DNA of 64,000 nt from the NCBI GenBank assembly GCA_051889995.1, contig JBJFDL010000002.1:239927-303926 (forward strand), given 5' to 3'. Numbering within the stretch: position 1 is the stretch's first letter; each line of letters opens with the position of its first letter. This DNA is from Christensenellales bacterium (GTDB taxonomy: Bacteria; Bacillota; Clostridia; Christensenellales; UBA1242). The translations under genes were made by a program, and so were the position numbers. The notes beneath the pieces are model-generated. The model was not told the DNA's origin. It searched no databases and saw only the letters and a program-made list of their open reading frames with translations. Below are positions 60,282 to 64,000 of the stretch, one piece after another.

Positions 60282-61766
60282 TTATATAAATACACTTATT
60301 TCTCTAGAAATTGTTTCTGTTTTACACTTGCTTTTATAGACTTTTGTGTACTCTAATGTTTTTATTAAATCAAAGCTTTTGTATTCAGAGTTATAAGGAC
60401 ACTCTAAATATATTTCTACACTTTGATTATCAATTAAGATTTTCTTAACCAAATAATAAACAAAATTAATTCCATCAAGAGTTAATGCTTTTTGAAAAAA
60501 CTTTTTCATATATGCTTTTGTTCGCCTTGTATTCTCTTTATTGCTTTCTAAATAAATTATTGCTTTTAGTTCGCTTATTCTGTTTTCAAGTAGTCTTATT
60601 CTTTCATTTGTTGTTTCATTATATACCCCATCTTCAACAGCTGTTAATAAATTTTTCAAAGACATTTCGCATCTTCGTTTTTCATCTTCACTAGATTTTA
60701 ATAAATAGATATTCTTTTTTTGTTTGTTTTTATTTAATATTACATTTGAAATGTTTTCAATATTGTCATCATTTGAAATAAAATCTTTTATAAAAGAAGT
60801 TAAATAATCCTCTATTATTTCCTTTCTATATGCTGTGGATTTACAAGTATGATATCTTCTTCTTTGAGAACATTTGTAATATCTATGAATTTTACCGTAC
60901 CTCGATGTCCCACTATCTGCAAAGTAAACACTTCCACAATTTTTACAATATATTCTTGCCTTATAATGATATGGTTCTAAAACACTTTTGCCATATCTAT
61001 TCAAATGCAAAATTGTTTTTACTTTTTCGTAAATACTTTTATCAATAATTGGAGGATAAATATCACAATAATACTCATTATTGCAAAAATACATTCCTGT
61101 ATAATATTCTTGCCTTAAAATATGATAAACATGTTTTTCATTAAACTTTTGATTGTTTTTGTAACAAACTTTTTTCTTGTTTAATTTTTTTGATATATCT
61201 TTGCCAATAGTTCCTAACGAATATTCCTTAAAGATAAATTTAACAATTCTGGCTTCATCTTCATTTATTTCAAGCTTATGATTGATGTTATTATAACCAT
61301 AAGGACGAATTCCACCTTGATAATTACCTTTTAATCTAGTTTCCCTCATTCCTCGTTTAACTTTTTGAGATAATTCAGCAGAATAATATTGGTTCAATCC
61401 TTCTAGTAAACTTTCTAGTATTATCCCCTCGGGTGTATCTGGAATATTTTCCATAGCAGAAATTACACTTATTCCTTTGTCTTTTAAACTTTTCTTATGG
61501 ATTACAGACTCGTACTTATTCCTTGAAAATCTATCAAACTTATAAACTAGAATATAATCCCATTCCTTATTGTTGCTATCCTTTAACATTCTTTTAAACT
61601 CAGGGCGATTATCAGTAGTTCCAGAAATTGCTCTATCTATGTAGTTGTCAATGATTTTTATATCATGCTTTTCTGCATATTCGTTACATACACGAAGTTG
61701 CCCTTCAATACTTTGCTCTGTTTGATTGTCGCAAGAATACCTTGCATAAATTACTGCTTTTTTCAT
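60282..61766 (-). CDS. large serine recombinase
   Basis: VIYARYS, DRFSR, PYGY, zinc ribbon CKNCG...YYKC...C, coiled coil. Confidence 0.95.
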   Translation of the reverse strand: MKKAVIYARYSCDNQTEQSIEGQLRVCNEYAEKHDIKIIDNYIDRAISGTTDNRPEFKRMLKDSNNKEWDYILVYKFDRFSRNKYESVIHKKSLKDKGISVISAMENIPDTPEGIILESLLEGLNQYYSAELSQKVKRGMRETRLKGNYQGGIRPYGYNNINHKLEINEDEARIVKFIFKEYSLGTIGKDISKKLNKKKVCYKNNQKFNEKHVYHILRQEYYTGMYFCNNEYYCDIYPPIIDKSIYEKVKTILHLNRYGKSVLEPYHYKARIYCKNCGSVYFADSGTSRYGKIHRYYKCSQRRRYHTCKSTAYRKEIIEDYLTSFIKDFISNDDNIENISNVILNKNKQKKNIYLLKSSEDEKRRCEMSLKNLLTAVEDGVYNETTNERIRLLENRISELKAIIYLESNKENTRRTKAYMKKFFQKALTLDGINFVYYLVKKILIDNQSVEIYLECPYNSEYKSFDLIKTLEYTKVYKSKCKTETISREISVFI

Positions 61767-61899
61767 TTGTTATTTCTCCTTATTCTATAATTTTAAGCGT
61801 AAGCCACAAATAATTATACTATAAAGAGATTTGTATTAAATATTTCAAACAATTTTTAACATTTTATGATACAATATATGCTATATAAGGAGCTTTTAT

Positions 61900-64000
61900 A
61901 TGAAAAATTATATTGACCATGATGTTGAAGTAAAATATTATGATGCTTTATTTGAGCGTTCTAAAAATTGGCAATGGTTTGTAAACACTATTGAACAAGA
62001 CTTTTATTTTGATGAACAAGAAATAACTTCCTGGAAGGATTATAATCAAAAATATCAAGATATAAGTGAAATATATGAATATTTTATCAAAATTCATCAG
62101 AGCAATATAACCAAATTACAATTTAAGAAAACATGGTTAAAAAAAATAAATCTAATAGCTCTGCTTTATAATCAAAAGATTAATATTAAAACTATTTGGA
62201 GTAAACTAGACGATACTTTTTTTAAATTATTTGCCTTGAATGTTTATATAACAGTACTACTAAATAAAACAAATAATCAAAAATATTTTTATTCAGCTTA
62301 CATTTTTACGCGAAATAATATTTTTGATCTGTTTGATTTGTCAGAAGTTGTGTTTGCTGAATCGGATATAATAAATTATTTAAACGATATAAAATTATCA
62401 GATATTGCCACAATCAAAAGAACCTTTTTAAATAACATACATCAGCATACTATTCCATATAGGAAAACTTTATTTAAAAAATATTCCAAGATTATTTTGT
62501 CTTCGAATTCTTTTAAATTTCGCAATATAAGAATTAATCAACAAATCTCATGGCAAGAACAATTTTTTTATGACATGTTAAGTATTGAGATAAAAGATAA
62601 AGAATTAGTCCCTATTTTAAACATACAAGGTCGTTGTTATCCAGATTTTACGAATTGGTCTCCTAGATTATTAAACAATATGAAATTATATTTTAATAAT
62701 GAAACAGCTAATTTTATCATTGAGACCATAGATTATATTTTGCATAAAAATACACCATCTGAAGATACAATTTCCACTCATTTTAGTCTTGAGATAAAGC
62801 ATTTAAAAAAATTAAAAAGTAATGCTTCATTTTATGATTTAGAAGACTCATCTTTTCAAATAATAAGTTATTTATTAGAAGATAATCTTTTATCACAAAA
62901 TGTGAAAAATAGTTACATGAAAGATTTTTCTTTGGCAATCCATAAATTTATGAGACCTCAAACATTATCAAAGTTAAAAGAATGCTTCATGCCGATTTCT
63001 GATTTGCAAAATAAAAAAATAAAAAAGTATAATCAATATCAAGCAGCTTTGGTAAAAAATATAAAAAACATAAATGATTTTAGAAATTACTGTGAAAATA
63101 AATATGTAGCAAAAGTAATAAAAGACACGCACATAATTCAACTTCATAAATTATTTTTAGATATCATAAGAAAGAATGATGGACTATCTTTGCCAATAGC
63201 ATTTTATCATTATATGATATTGTTAATACGAGCAAAGCAAAGTCCCAATTTAAAAAATATTAATTTAGAGCGAATTATGATTGATTTAAAAGATATGTGG
63301 AAAAATTCTTATTATAAAAAAAGTATCAAATCAATGCAGGAGTTTAGTCACTCACAAATAATAAAAAATGAGGAAATTGAAAAATACAATTACTTATTTA
63401 TAAATTCTCCAATTACTATTGCTAAAAATTGTTTTCCTAATGACCAAAATTCTTTGCTTGATATAATGTCCCATATATCAGAAAATGTATTTTCTGTTCA
63501 CTGCACACAATATATTATTTCACAAAATTATCCAATTATAGATTCTTATGGAGATTCTTCAGAAATAGATAAATGCTTTTTGAATAAAATAGAAGATTTA
63601 ATACAAAATAAAGGATATAAATTTCTCAATGTTTTTGATAAATATACTTACGCTAAAGAGTTATTCAAACAATATAATGGATATACTTTATTTAATTTTA
63701 GTCTCTTCAATGAGTGGAGAGCATTGTACGACAACATAAGAAAATCTATTAAAGAATATCAGTTTTTAGACATAAATGAAGACAAAGTTTTGTTGGGACA
63801 TGTAACTCAGTTATTCCCGATAATTGAAAACAAAATTAGGAAACTCGGTACATTTTTTGGTATAGCCCCATTTAAAGAAGATGAAAAAGAATTTATACAG
63901 TCTAAGGAACCAAGCAGTATTTTAATTAGATTACTACAACAATACTATAATGGCACACACAATTTTGTAGGTGTTAGTGATTTATTATTTACATATTATG
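61900..64000 (+). CDS. large hypothetical protein, DUF4209-like (HEPN-type) C-terminus, partial
   Basis: AAGGAG RBS, ATG 61900, open to the window end; QLFPIIENKIR near the end. Confidence 0.6.
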   Translation, partial: MKNYIDHDVEVKYYDALFERSKNWQWFVNTIEQDFYFDEQEITSWKDYNQKYQDISEIYEYFIKIHQSNITKLQFKKTWLKKINLIALLYNQKINIKTIWSKLDDTFFKLFALNVYITVLLNKTNNQKYFYSAYIFTRNNIFDLFDLSEVVFAESDIINYLNDIKLSDIATIKRTFLNNIHQHTIPYRKTLFKKYSKIILSSNSFKFRNIRINQQISWQEQFFYDMLSIEIKDKELVPILNIQGRCYPDFTNWSPRLLNNMKLYFNNETANFIIETIDYILHKNTPSEDTISTHFSLEIKHLKKLKSNASFYDLEDSSFQIISYLLEDNLLSQNVKNSYMKDFSLAIHKFMRPQTLSKLKECFMPISDLQNKKIKKYNQYQAALVKNIKNINDFRNYCENKYVAKVIKDTHIIQLHKLFLDIIRKNDGLSLPIAFYHYMILLIRAKQSPNLKNINLERIMIDLKDMWKNSYYKKSIKSMQEFSHSQIIKNEEIEKYNYLFINSPITIAKNCFPNDQNSLLDIMSHISENVFSVHCTQYIISQNYPIIDSYGDSSEIDKCFLNKIEDLIQNKGYKFLNVFDKYTYAKELFKQYNGYTLFNFSLFNEWRALYDNIRKSIKEYQFLDINEDKVLLGHVTQLFPIIENKIRKLGTFFGIAPFKEDEKEFIQSKEPSSILIRLLQQYYNGTHNFVGVSDLLFTYY

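Overview
Low-GC bacterial chromosomal accessory region, probably Firmicutes/Clostridia-like (inference from AAGGAGG RBSs, sigma70 promoters and gene families). It has no rRNA, CRISPR-Cas or phage structural genes. Left part (1-19.6 kb): a DUF3427-alphaCTD-sigma70r4 protein, HTH-Fic, DUF1848, an [FeFe]-hydrogenase-rubredoxin-rubrerythrin fusion, an MmeI-like remnant, and TetR- and MarR-linked ABC transporter operons. From about 19.9 kb to 59.9 kb lies a tandem stack of related integrative elements that target the anticodon loop (CTTGGTAAG) of tRNA-Thr(GGT). One element looks intact (about 45.6-58.1 kb: tyrosine integrase, Xis-like HTH, MobL-type relaxase, MobC-like protein, cargo) and up to three are decayed. 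The most unusual features are three. (1) A micro-array of 79-100 bp [core + spacer + tRNA-Thr 5'-half] units at the element junctions. (2) A conserved ~120 bp dual-promoter/hairpin/RBS leader in the slot downstream of the integrase, feeding different stand-alone toxin-immunity pairs. (3) A shared '..DFEM-stop' DNA tail on integrase, relaxase and GNAT genes that coincides with an apparent rearrangement junction. The window ends with a large serine recombinase and a divergent DUF4209-like gene. Family names come from motif recognition by eye, not database searches.
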